A DNA stretch of 64,000 bases from Haliotis rufescens (taxonomy: Eukaryota), in NCBI RefSeq assembly GCF_023055435.1, contig NW_025964334.1, positions 15,376,001 through 15,440,000 on the forward strand. The letters run 5' to 3'. The notes under the pieces were generated by a model. The model searched no databases. It saw nothing but the letters and a program-made list of their open reading frames with translations, and had not been told where the DNA came from. Below, in pieces: positions 11,764-24,344 of the stretch. The number at the start of each line of letters is the position of its first letter. The stretch's first letter is position 1. The translations under genes and the position numbers were made by a program.

Positions 11764-13170
11764 ATTTCTGTTGACAGAGGTCATGAAATGGTGTATTAGT
11801 TGTCAGCAAATTTAACACTAAATGGCTTGAGAACAACATTTATGTGAATCAAATATTTCAATGTTGGTTTCCAAAGAACGTCACATTTCCTCTAAACCAA
11901 GCCCTGGTCAGAGAATCAGACCAGTACAGAGACCGCTCTACACCAGCCCTGTCATTTAAAAGTCTAATTTATTTCAATTTACTTTTAAAGAAATTGAGTT
12001 TTCTTTGATTGAATAAGTCTCTCATACTCATTCAAGCTTGTTTAGCAGCAAATAGGATTAATTAAGCCAGTGTTGGTGACACTGAAAAAGTCCCCAAAGC
12101 AAATGAGTTAACTTTCCAGTGTATGGAATATTAGTGTCACTGTTGGGTTGTCATGGCATCCATTACGAAAACTGTCATTTTAAACTTATTTAATTTCCCG
12201 AAAAACTACGTTTTCAAATTGACAACTAATCCTAGTAATTCATTTTCACACAATTGTTACACAACTGAAAAGAAGCTTGAATGAGAATTTGCAATCATGG
12301 AAGGTTTTGTGCAATCGAATGTTCATTGGAAGGTGTCTATAGCAAACGTATATGAAAAACCCCCATGTAAGTCAGGGATCAGTTTGAAATGTACGTCGTA
12401 AGTTTCAGTCACTCGTCACAATTCAACTGAAAACACCTTGCCCATTGAAGCTCTCCCACATGTCATTTTTATCAGCATGGTGGAATCAAAAACATGGCCT
12501 CCTGCCGCCAAATTTCAATTCCCTCTGTAATCGGTGAACCGCAAATGCTTGCTTTTCATGGTTAATGATGCGACGAGCTTCAGTATGGGTGCCTCGGAGT
12601 GGGCTAGGGAAAGTTTTGCGTTGCTGGTGAAATGAGATCACATCTAGCGGCAGGTGAATACTGTCCTCCTCGCTCGTATATTTCGCTAGCCTCTGACATA
12701 GGTTGTTTATTGCCAAAAATGTGTAAACAGCTGATTTTATGAAGACTCTTTCGAATTTTGAAGATTTAGATACTGAACTTCAACATCGTCTTGGAGTTAT
12801 TCTCTTGAAATGTATTACACATTTTGTCAATTTCAGCAGTATTTTTCACTGTCATGATTCTAAATAAGACTTATCTTTCATTTCCTGATAACATCAGTTT
12901 TACAGCCTTGGCTATAAAAGTAAATTCTTTAACAATGGTAAGATTTTTTAAATGTTTTTGTCGAGAAAAGAAATTGATACCTTTGTTGAAATTTTGAAAG
13001 ACCTGATCATGGTGTGGTTGTTTTGTGTGACATTGATGACAGAAACGTACACCTCTATCTGATAGCTGTATATCCTGACAACACCTAGCTGGCCCCTCGC
13101 TGACAGTAATGGCCGTCACTCACATCACTGCCCCAGCCTGCTTCCCCATCATGATACTGTACAAAACCAT

Positions 13171-14030
13171 GTGTTATTGTATAGCTTTATAGCTCTGTAT
13201 GGCTTATGTATGTTATTGTATAGCTGTATAGCTCTAAATAGCTTATGTATGTTATTGTATAGCTGTATAGCTCTGTATAGCTTATGTATCTTATTGTATA
13301 GCTTTATAGCTCTATATAGCTTATGTATGTTATTGTATAGCTGTATAGCTCTGTATAGCTTATGTATGTTATTGTATAGCTTTATAGCTCTAAATAGCTT
13401 ATGTATGTTATTGTATAGCTGTATAGCTCTGTATAGCTTATGTATCTTATTGTATAGCTTTATAGCTCTATATAGCTTATGTACCTTATTGTATAGCTTT
13501 ATAGCTCTATATAGCTTATGTATGTTATTGTATAGCTCTTTAGCTCTGTAGTGAGTGAGTGAGTTGGGTTTAACGCCAGTTTTAACAGTATTACAGTTAT
13601 ATCGCGGCGTGTCAGCTTAATGTGGGTGGGAAGCCCTAAGTGATGCAGGTCTCAGACGTCTACCACTTTGGTGAAACCCACGAGCACGGGTATGATGCTG
13701 ACAAACCTAGAAACATAATCGGGGCGAACTGGGATTCGAACCCACAATCATAGGTTTCTGGCGTGCCCAAGGGACACAACTCTTCACAGCAAATCGCAGC
13801 ACCTTAGACGGCTGGGCCACCCGTGCCCCCTTATAGCTCTGTATAGCTTATGTTCCTTATTATACAGCTTTATATTTCTATATGGCTTGTGTATGTTATT
13901 GTTTACCTTTATTAAGCTCTGTATAGCTTATGTATGTTATTGTATAGCTTTATAGACCTATACAGCTTATGTATGTTTTAGAACAGCTTTTAGCTCTATA
14001 TAGCTTTTGTATGTGATAGCTTTATAGCTA
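13171..14030. repeat. Minisatellite, 39-bp unit (ttatgtatgttattgtatagctgtatagctctgtatagc), interrupted by a SINE at 13551-13830
   Basis: Direct repeats on both sides of the SINE; homogeneous on the left, diverged on the right. Confidence 0.93.
13551..13830 (-). mobile_element. Family E tRNA-SINE, full length
   Basis: Minus strand reads ggggcacgggtggcccagccgtctaagg...gggttcgaatcccagttcgcccc (head) and ggcgttaaacccaactcactcac (tail). Flanked by tagctctgta. Confidence 0.9.
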
Positions 14031-15180
14031 TGAAAGCGAAGACGTGAAAGTTATCAGATGTGCTCATATAAATGGGATTTGTTCATCCTAGCACTTGCAT
14101 GTAGATAACGCCAACTGTAAAGTATGTTTTATTCATCAAAGGTAGCCATCATTAGGCAGTGTTGTCTGACAGCCAAATCGTCATGTCCTATCATTCATCT
14201 CACCTTCTCTTACAACATTAGCAAACTGAATATCATCTGATAAAAAATGTACATTTCGATAATATATGCAGCTGATGATAAATATCCTTCCCTTCTCCAA
14301 CTACGAGGTACAATAGACAACTTGACGCTCCTTCCTTTTGACGGAACAGAGGAAATCTTTTTATGATTCTCATCATCATAACCATCCCATCATGTATATC
14401 ATTCGAAATTGACGATCGTCTATTTCACCCACACAGGAGCTCATTTCAGCATTTGAATGCACTGTCCTCCTAAATACCTACGTAAGATGGTTCGTATTTC
14501 ATCATTCAGGCGTGAGTTTGGTTTATGGCACATTAGACTTGTATATGGTTTCGTCTTATCCTTGCACAATCTTTATTACGAGTGTATCGGCGATACCTGA
14601 GACGACTGAATGACAGCAGATCAACAAGGGATTTCATTCCTGTGATATAATACCACTGTCAAACTGGTGCTTAGGGAGGTGTTAAGAAATATACAAGATA
14701 ATCAGCCTCTGTATCACCAAATGTCACATTTATGCAAATGTGTATATCCTGCACTAAGTCATGTTGAGTAATGACGGGTAGATTATTTTGACTCAAATTT
14801 TCTACAAATCTAGTGCTCCTTTAAAAGAGAGGAATGTTTGGGCAGTATATTTTAATCTTTGAAGATTTTGGTTGCATCGGGAATCATATTTTAGCAGTGC
14901 AATTTAATAACTGCAATCTTTCCTGATTTTGTTGATATCAATTTTCAGAAGGTTTTTTTATATTGTCAATCAGCCAGGCTTAGAACATTGAAATCTTCAT
15001 TGTGAGACTTTGACTCTTGAACAAAGAAGTTCTGTACAAAATGATTTGTTACTGGGTATTGTTGTGGAGATAGACAAAAGTTTGCAAAATTAACATAATC
15101 ATATGAGCTTGGCAACAGAGGGGAGTAGGTTCAAAATGTGAAGTTTGGTATCTGTTAAAAAACAATTCAAATTATTTGAA

Positions 15181-15429
15181 AAATATATTCTGCTCAAAAG
15201 AAGTTTGAGAACACCTGAGTTTTCAAATTGCTATAGTTAATCTGTCATCCCCGATTCTTTCAAATTGCTATAGTTAATCTGTCATCCCCGATTCTTTCAA
15301 ATTGCTATAGTTAATCTGTCATCCCCAATTCTTTTGAATTGCTGTAGTTAATCTGGCATGGCAGGACAGATGAACAATAGTAATATGAAAGAATTGGGTG
15401 TTCTCTTTTTTTCAGTGGTGAATATATTT
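15181..15429. mobile_element. Palindromic MITE-like element with a 37-bp internal tandem expansion in the left arm
   Basis: aaatatattc...gagaacacc on the left pairs with ggtgttctc...gaatatattt on the right. Unit ttcaaattgctatagttaatctgtcatccccgattct occurs ~3.5 times, with one inverted copy at about 15364-15397. Confidence 0.65.
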
Positions 15430-16649
15430 ATCACCATAACAAATCCCTGCTATTTTATTTAAAATTAGTCTTAAATTGATAGTTTTTCCTCCTTCTGAAG
15501 AGACTGATAAGAAAAACTATCATAACTTGATATCACATGTTATATGAACATGCATGTTATATTGGGTTGTTTCAACAACAAAACACAATATTTCATGACC
15601 AGTTACACGATCCCAAAAATAAAATTAAGCCTTTCACATTTTATAAAAACATATTGTGTAAAAAAAGTTTTTAAAAAACATCCTTTGAAGATCCCATTAA
15701 TGTAGAAAAAGCTTGCGAAACATTCTCAAATGATGTGAGCCCAGTTGGGGATGCATGGCCTCCTCTGTGCCTATTGCCGAAAACTGAAATGATGAAGTTT
15801 AGACAGCATGCAGGAACAATGGAGACCAAGGTGTCCTAAGGGACGACTTCTAATTACGGTACAGAGGGACTGAGGTGAATGTCAGCGTATTTCATACACC
15901 CAGCCATCTCCACACCCTAAATGCACCGGACAAAGACGAGACTGGCTTTAGAATGGAGCTGCAAATTTTGCTTTCAAAGCTTTCATGTTGAGGGCATAAT
16001 TTGGTTGGGATTTAATCCGACAAGGACCTATCATAACTGTGTTTGACAAAAGCAGTAATCAGGCTTAAACCTTACATGTAACAAGAGATTAGATCCTCGG
16101 GGGACACAACAGGCGTATTTGAAAAATAAAAGGTGAAAGGAAATTCTATTTTAACCATTTTTACGCCAAGAAGAAGTGCAAACTTGTGTTGTGCCTCCAG
16201 TGATACAGTTCAGAAAGGTTCTGATGTTCACCTTGGTATTAGCATCAGATTATTGGAATCCTGAAATGTCAGGTCAACCTTGAATATTTGAGTTTGTATC
16301 ATTGTTGAAGTTATTGTATGAATATTTTCAATTTGGTGGTAACAATGTCCCTTCTTGTACAACTTCTGTGAGGTTTTTTTTCTATTAAATTCATACTGGA
16401 AGCTCAAACAGTTGGGTGGGAATATTAACTGTAGTTACAATGTGAAAATACACATTGTCTGAGTCTGATGGTTGTGCTTCTGTAGTCGTGATACCTAACC
16501 TGGAATCCAAAGGGTAATGACATCGTTGTTGCAAATTAAAAACATCAATGCCAGAGAATCATCTTGCTCTAACAAATGCATTAAATTGATTTTGGCAGCC
16601 ATCTTTGATTTTCGAAATAGAAATAATCCTTGCCCTACATTTCAAACTT

Positions 16650-18735
16650 TAAAACCTGCATTACACCCAACCCACCCTCTCTACTCTACACGACAGAAAC
16701 AAACAGATGACCGCACAAAACCTGCTTTAAAACCCATCCCACCCTCTCTACTCTACACCACAGAAACAAACAGATGACCGCACAAAACCTGCATTAAACC
16801 CATCCCACCCTCTCTACTTTACACCACAGAAACAAACAACAGATGACCACACAAAACCTGCTTTAAAACCAATCCCACCCTCCCTACTTTACACCACAGA
16901 AACAAACAACAGTGCAATGGATGACCACACAAAACCTGCATTAAACCCATCCCACCCTCTCACAGAAACAAACAACAGATGACCGCACAAAACCTGCTTT
17001 AAAACCAATCCCACCCTCCCTACTTTACACCACAGAAACAAACAACAGTGCAATGGATGACCACACAAAACCTGCATTAAACCCATCCCACCCTTTCACA
17101 GAAACAAACAACAGATGACCACACAAAACCTGCTTTAAAACCAATCCCACCCTCTCTACTCTACACCACAGAAACAAACAAACAGATGACCACACAAAAC
17201 CTGCTTTAAAACCAATCCCACCCTCCCTACTTTACACCACAGAAACAAACAACAGTGCAATGGATGACCACACAAAACCTGCATTAAACCCAACCAACCC
17301 TCTCTACTTTACACCACAGAAACAAACAGATGACCACACAACACCTGCATTAAACCCATCCCACCCTCTCAGAGAAACAAATAACAGTGAAATGGATGAC
17401 CGCACAAAACCTGCATTAAACCCATCCCACCCTCTCACAGAAACAAACAACAGTGCAATGGATGACCACACAGAACCTGCATTAAACCCATCCCATCCTC
17501 TCTAATCTACACCACAGAAACTAACAACAGATCACCACACAAAACCTGTATTAAACCCATCCCACCCTCTCTACACCACAGAAACTAACAACAGATGACC
17601 ACACAAAACCTGCATTACACCCATCCCACCCTCTCACAGAAACAAACAACAGTGCAATGGATGACCACACAGAACCTGCATTAAACCCATCCCATCCTCT
17701 CTACTCTACACCACAGAAACTAACAACAGATCACCACACAAAACCTGTATTAAACCCATCCCACCCTCTCTACACCACAGAAACTAACAACAGATGACCA
17801 CACAAAACCTGCATTACACCCATCCCACCCTCTCACAGAAACAAACAACAGTGCAATGGATGACCACACAAAACCTGCATTAAACCCATCCCACCCTCTC
17901 ACAGAAACAAACAACAGTGCAATGGATGACCACACAGAACCTGCATTAAACCCATCCCATCCTCTCTACTCTACACCACAGAAACTAACAACAGATCACC
18001 ACACAAAACCTGTATTAAACCCATCCCACCCTCTCTACACCACAGAAACTAACAACAGATCACCACACAGAACCTGCATTAAACCCATCCCATCCTCTCT
18101 ACTCTACACCACAGAAACTAACAACAGATCACCACACAAAACCTGTATTAAACCCATCCCACCCTCTCTACACCACAGAAACTAACAACAGATGACCGCA
18201 CAACACCTGCATTAAACCCATCCCACCCTCTCTACACCACAGAAACTAACAACAGATGACCGCACAACACCTGTATTAAACCCATCCCACCCTCTCTACT
18301 CTACACCACAGAAACAAACAGATGACCACACAACACCTGCATTAAACCCAACCCACCCTCTCACAGAAACAAACAACAGTGCAATGGATGACCACACAAA
18401 ACCTGCATTAAACCCATCCCACCCTCTCACAGAAACAAACAACAGTGCAATGGATGACCACACAAAACCTGCATTACACCCATCCCATCCTCTCTACTCT
18501 ACACCACAGAAACTAACAACAGATCACCACACAAAACCTGCATTAAACCCATCCCACCCTCTCTACTCTACACCACAGAAACTAACAACAGATGACCGCA
18601 CAACACCTGTATTAAACCCATCCCACCCTCTCTACTCTACACCACAGAAACAAACACCAGATGACCACACAAAACCTGCATTAAACCCATCCTACCCTCT
18701 CACAGAAACAAACAACAGTGCAATGGATGACCATC
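16650..18735. repeat. Complex minisatellite, ~60-75 bp modular units (aaaacctgcattaaacccatcccaccctct...cacagaaacaaacaacagatgaccacac), ~30 units
   Basis: Direct repeats with optional ctact/ctacac and tgcaatgg modules. Confidence 0.95.
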
Positions 18736-19544
18736 CAATAGGGATTGAAATGTACCAGATCGCGATTACAGCTGATCACTTCTGTCACTGGTGTGAAATC
18801 AACCCGCCCCAAGGAAGTATTTATAAAAAGCTGAATATGAGAAAAGTTGCTAGCTGCTGCCAGTGAAACAGTTAAATCATTACTGTTATCCACATACACC
18901 CCAAGGCAATTTCATGGCATCAAATCACTAAAAACTCTGTGTCTTCCTGCTTATGCTTAGCTAATCACGGATTTTGTTTGAAAACGAAGAATTAAGCTTT
19001 TTAGATGCAATCGGTGAAGAATATTGCTAAAAACTGTGATATTGTCTGTCGGCTGATGAGTTCATAAGCTGATGTTGATGACGAGAGACGTTACGATGTG
19101 TGAAACATTCGTACATCACCTACGGTTATGAGTGATATCGTTGATTACACTGGAGTTTGCTAAACACAGAGCACTGAACATCGGAAGCTTCCAGGTGTCA
19201 ATATCACTGGAAATTTACACCAGCTTGATTGCTGATTTGCCTACTGTTCCTCTGATATAGTTTAAGATATGTATTTGTGATGAAAGCAGGTTGTGTTTTG
19301 GATTTCATTGTTAGTGAAATGTACATAGGTATAATATTCCATATGTTGGCATGCCTCTGCAAAGGGAAATAATTACATAAGGTATCATTTACATACATTG
19401 ATGTCTTTTCATGTCCATGTTACTTATATTCTATTTCTGAAGCTGTATGGCAGTAATGACTTTCCTGTTGATTATTTGGAGGCAAATAATTGTCATTTGA
19501 TCAACGATATCATATATACAGATATTTATTCTGAAATTGAGAAA

Positions 19545-19629
19545 TGTTGTCAATATCATATAATGAAATATTTCTTTTCTTTCTTCTAGGTAAGTACTGG
19601 TTTCATTTCTCAGAAGATGTCTGGTAAGG
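19545..19629 (+). promoter_or_regulatory. Candidate recursive splice site with 34-nt cryptic RS-exon
   Basis: tttcttttctttcttctAG|GTAAGT (AG 19588-19589), no other AG for 46 nt upstream, and a second donor ctg|gtaagg at 19624. Confidence 0.65.
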
Positions 19630-19655
19630 ATTTTATGTCAAATATCAAAGGTCAT

Positions 19656-19873
19656 GTGATGGGTTTAATGCCACTCCTAATAATAGTTCAGTTATTTCAT
19701 GGCATCGCAGCGTACGTTAGGAGAAAGCTCAAAGTGGCACAGGCTCTAGACATTTGCCATTTTTGTTTAAATCAATGTCACAGGAATGGATTTGAACCCA
19801 TGGCCAGAGGATCCTGTCACAATTAAGGGGCATAACTCTGCACAGTGAATTGCTGTGTCTCAGAGCAGTTGGC
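19656..19873 (-). mobile_element. Highly diverged family E SINE
   Basis: Colinear with 13560-13818: gggtttaatgcca, cagttat, ggatttgaaccca, aaggggcataactc. Confidence 0.65.
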
Positions 19874-20024
19874 TTGTATGCATTGCATTTCAAAGACATA
19901 ACTTACATATAAACATATATGTACTGAGATATCTTTCAATAAAATGTTCAATACCTGTTTCAGGCAATACATACAGGCAATTCATAGACAAAGTGCATGC
20001 CAGTAGTTCATAGTATTTAGTCTC

Positions 20025-23000
20025 CTGTAGGGATTCCAAGATAGATTGGTCCCCAGCCACTTGTGGGGATCCAAGATAGAATAGGTCCCCAGCAACCTGT
20101 GGGAATCAAAGATAGAATAGGTCCCCCGCAACCTGTGGGAATCCAAGATAGAATAGGTCCCCAGCAACCTATGGGAATCCAAGATAGAATAGGTCCCCAG
20201 CAACCTGTGGGAATCCAAGATAGAATAGGTCCCCAGCAACCTGTGCTGGTCATGCTGTGGGAATCCAAGATAGAATAGATCCCCAGCAACCTGTGGGAAT
20301 CCAAGATAGAATAGGTCCCCAGCAACCTGTGCTGGTCATGCTGTGGGAATCCAAGATAGAATAGATCCCCAGCAACCTGTGGGAATCCAAATTAGAATAG
20401 GTCCCCTGCAACCTGTGGGAATCCAAGATAGAATAGGTCCCCAGCAACCTGTGGGAATCCAAGATAGAATAGGTCCCCAGCAACCTGTGCTGGTCATGCT
20501 GTGGGAATCCAAGATAGAATAGATCCCCAGCAACCTATGCTGGTCGTGCCATGTGGACCCAAGATAGAATAGGTCCCCAGCAACCTATGCTGGTCGTGCC
20601 ATGTGGACCCAAGATAGAATAGGTCCCCAGCAACCTATGCTGGTCGTGCCATGTGGACCCAAGATAGAATAGGTCCCCAGCAACCTATGCTGGTCGTGCC
20701 ATGTGGACCCAAGATAGAATAGGTCCCCAGCAACCTGTGGGAATCCAAGATAGAATAGGTCCCCAGCAACCTATGCTGGTCGTGCCATGTGGACCCAAGA
20801 TAGAATAGGTCCCCAGCAACCTGTGGGAATCCAAGATAGAATAGGTCCCCAGCAACCTATGCTGGTCGTGCCATGTGGACCCAAGATAGAATAGGTCCCC
20901 AGCAACCTGTGGGAATCCAAGATAGAATAGGTCCCCAGCAACCTATGCTGGTCGTGCCATGTGGACCCAAGATAGAATAGGTCCCCAGCAACCTGTGGGA
21001 ATCCAAGATAGAATAGGTCCCCAGCAACCTATGCTGGTCGTGCCATGTGGACCCAAGATAGAATAGGTCCCCAGCAACCTGTGGGAATCCAAGATAGGAT
21101 AGGTCCCCAGCAACCTATGCTGGTCGTGCCATGTGGACCCAAGATAGAATAGGTCCCCAGCAACCTGTGGGAATCCAAGATAGAATAGGTCCCCAGCAAC
21201 CTATGCTGGTCGTGCCATGTGGACCCAAGATAGAATAGGTCCCCAGCAACCTGTGGGAATCCAAGATAGAATAGGTCCCCAGCGACCTATGCTGGTCGTG
21301 CCATGTGGACCCAAGATAGAATAGGTCCCCAGCAACCTGTGGGAATCCAAGATAGAATAGGTCCCCAGCAACCTATGCTGGTCGTGCCATGTGGACCCAA
21401 GATAGAATAGGTCCCCAGCAACCTGTGGGAATCCAAGATAGAATAGGTCCCCAGCAACCTATGCTGGTCGTGCCATGTGGACCCAAGATAGAATAGGTCC
21501 CCAGCAACCTGTGGGAATCCAAGATAGAATAGGTCCCCAGCAACCTATGCTGGTCGTGCCATGTGGACCCAAGATAGAATAGGTCCCCAGCAACCTATGC
21601 TGGTCGTGCCATGTGGACCCAAGATAGAATAGGTCCCCAGCAACCTATGCTGGTCGTGCCATGTGGACCCAAGATAGAATAGGTCCCCAGCAACCTATGC
21701 TGGTCGTGCTGTGTGGACCCAAGATAGAATAGGTCCCCAGCAACCTATGCTGGTCATGCCATGTGGACCCAAGATAGAATAGGTCCCCAGCAACCTATGC
21801 TGGTCGTGCCATGTGGACCCAAGATAGAATAGGTCCCCAGCAACCTATGCTGGTCGTGCCATGTGGACCCAAGATAGAATAGGTCCCCAGCAACCTATGC
21901 TGGTCGTGCCATGTGGACCCAAGATAGAATAGGTCCCCAGCAACCTATGCTGGTCGTGCCATGTGGACCCAAGATAGAATAGGTCCCCAGCAACCTATGC
22001 TGGTCGTGCCATGTGGACCCAAGATAGAATAGGTCCCCAGCAACCTATGCTGGTCATGCCATGTGGACCCAAGATAGAATAGGTCCCCAGCAACCTATGC
22101 TGGTCATGCCATGTGGACCCAAGATAGAATAGGTCCCCAGCAACCTATGCTGGTCGTGCCATGTGGACCCAAGATAGAATAGGTCCCCAGCAACCTATGC
22201 TGGTCGTGCCATGTGGACCCAAGATAGAATAGGTCCCCAGCAACCTATGCTGGTCGTGCTGTGGGAATCCAAGATAGAATAGGTCCCCAGCAACCTATGC
22301 TGGTCATGCCATGTGGACCCAAGATAGAATAGGTCCCCAGCAAGCTATGCTGGTCGTGCCATGTGGACCCAAGATAGAATAGGTCCCCAGCAACCTATGC
22401 TGGTCGTGCCATGTGGACCCAAGATAGAATAGGTCCCCAGCAACCTATGCTGGTCGTGCCATGTGGACCCAAGATAGAATAGGTCCCCAGCAACCTATGC
22501 TGGTCGTGCCATGTGGACCCAAGATAGAATAGGTCCCCAGCAACCTATGCTGGTCATGCCATGTGGACCCAAGATAGAATAGGTCCCCAGCAACCTATGC
22601 TGGTCATGCCATGTGGACCCAAGATAGAATAGGTCCCCAGCAACCTATGCTGGTCATGCCATGTGGACCCAAGATAGAATAGGTCCCGAGCAACCTATGC
22701 TGGTCATGCCATGTGGACCCAAGATAGAATAGGTCCCCAGCAACCTATGCTGGTCATGCCATGTGGACCCAAGATAGAATAGGTCCCCAGCAACCTATGC
22801 TGGTCGTGCCATGTGGACCCAAGATAGAATAGGTCCCCAGCAACCTATGCTGGTCGTGCCATGTGGACCCAAGATAGAATAGGTCCCCAGCAAGCTGTGC
22901 TGGTCATGCCATGTGGACCCAAGATAGCATAGGTCCCCACAACCTATGCTGGTCGTGCCATGTGGACCCAAGATAGAATAGGTCCCCCGCAACCTATGCT

Positions 23001-23445
23001 GGTCGTGCCATGTGGACCCAAGATAGAATAGGTCCCCAGCAACCTATGCTGGTCGTGCCATGTGGACCCAAGATAGAATAGGTCCCCAGCAAGCTGTGCT
23101 GGTCATGCCATGTGGACCCAAGATAGAATAGATCCCCAGCAACCTATGCTGGTCGTGCCATGTGGACCCAAGATAGAATAGGTCCCCAGCAAGCTGTGCT
23201 GGTCATGCCATGTGGACCCAAGATAGAATAGGTCCCCAGCAACCTGTGCTGGTCATGCCATGTGGACCCAAGATAGAATAGATCCCCAGCAACCTATGCT
23301 GGTCGTGCCATGTGGACCCAAGATAGAATAGGTCCCCAGCAAGCTGTGCTGGTCATGCCATGTGGACCCAAGATAGAATAGGTCCCCAGCAACCTATGCT
23401 GGTCGTGCTGTGGGGATTCTGGGGTATACTTGGTTCCCAGAAACC
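20025..23445 (+). repeat. 3.4-kb tandem array of 36-bp and 50-bp units derived from the 5' domain of a family B-related element
   Basis: Core tagaataggtccccagcaacctatgctggtcgt aligns with family B tagaataggtcttcagcaacccatgcttgtcgt. Confidence 0.95.
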
Positions 23446-23625
23446 TTTGCTGGTCACAAATAAGTCCGGTCATCCGGCTCTGTGTCATGGTTGGTAGCGT
23501 GGAAAGTCGTGCACAATATCAATCACTGGATTGTCTGGCCCTGACTTGATAATTTACAGACTGCTGTCATATAGCTGGAATATTGCTGTGTCCCTCCCTC
23601 CTTAAACAACAAACACACAAACAAA
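23408..23625 (+). mobile_element. Body and tail of the family B-related element hosting the array
   Basis: tcaatcactggattgtctggcc...tttacagactgctgtcatatagctggaatattgctg...ttaaacaacaaac is the family B 3' half. Confidence 0.85.
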
Positions 23626-23657
23626 ACACTTATGGTGCCTGTCTTTCCACATCACCA

Positions 23658-23823
23658 GGGGTGGTCGGGTAGCCTAGTGGTTAAAGCGTTCGCTCGTCAC
23701 GCCGAAGACCCGTGTTCGAGTCCCGACATGGGTACAATGTGTGAAGCCCATTTCTGGTGTCCCCCGCCGTGATATTGCTTGAATATTGCTAAAAGCGGCG
23801 TAAAACCATACTCACTCACTCAC
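23658..23823 (+). mobile_element. Family A tRNA-SINE (~170 bp), full length
   Basis: A box gtagcctagtggttaaagc, B box gttcgagtccc, (actc)n tail, perfect TSD tccacatcacca (23646-23657, 23824-23835). Confidence 0.95.
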
Positions 23824-24108
23824 TCCACATCACCAATCCTATGTATATTATACAGGAATACAATCAGCCCATCAAACACTGGCCATTGTCTTCATCATGG
23901 ACAGAGCTATTACGTCATCACTGCATTGTGTCATATGATACTGATCACAATAATGATGAAGCTGGATACAATACTTCTGTTCAACAAGTGTTTCATGTGT
24001 TGTATTTCATGGCCTTCAATAAACAATAATGTCATCCAGATTTACTAAACTTCTTTATGCCAAATAAATGTGCTTTATCAGGCAATATAACTGAGACGCT
24101 ATATGGCT

Positions 24109-24344
24109 AACCCATGAAGAACATGTCTACAGCAGCCCATGCTTGTCGTAAGGATGACTAATGTGATCGGATGATCGACCTCACGGAATAGGTTGATGCA
24201 TATCATCATATCCCAATTGCGTAGGTTGATGCTCATGATGTCAATCACTGGATTGTCTTGTCCAGACTCAATTATTTACAGACTGTCGTCATATAGCTGG
24301 AATATTGCTGGTTGTTGCATTAAACAACAAACAAACATACAAAC
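24109..24344 (+). mobile_element. Family B element
   Basis: TSD agacgctata(t/g)ggct (24094-24108, 24345-24359). Starts aacccatgaag and has only one gtcgtaag..gac module. Confidence 0.9.

Noticed and set aside
12486-12716. 76-aa minus-strand ORF in a CpG-containing stretch
   Set aside because: No recognisable domain, splice sites or element termini.
19052-19110. ctgatga...gaaa as a canonical hammerhead
   Set aside because: No convincing stem II directly followed by GAAA and no stems I/III. The other ctgaNga hits I checked failed in the same way.
20025-23445. CRISPR-like appearance (36-bp repeats)
   Set aside because: No unique spacers and no cas genes; eukaryotic context; the unit derives from a retroelement.
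23658-23730. tRNA genes at family A, C and E heads
   Set aside because: The A/B boxes run into SINE bodies with microsatellite tails and TSDs; these are SINE heads, not tRNA genes.
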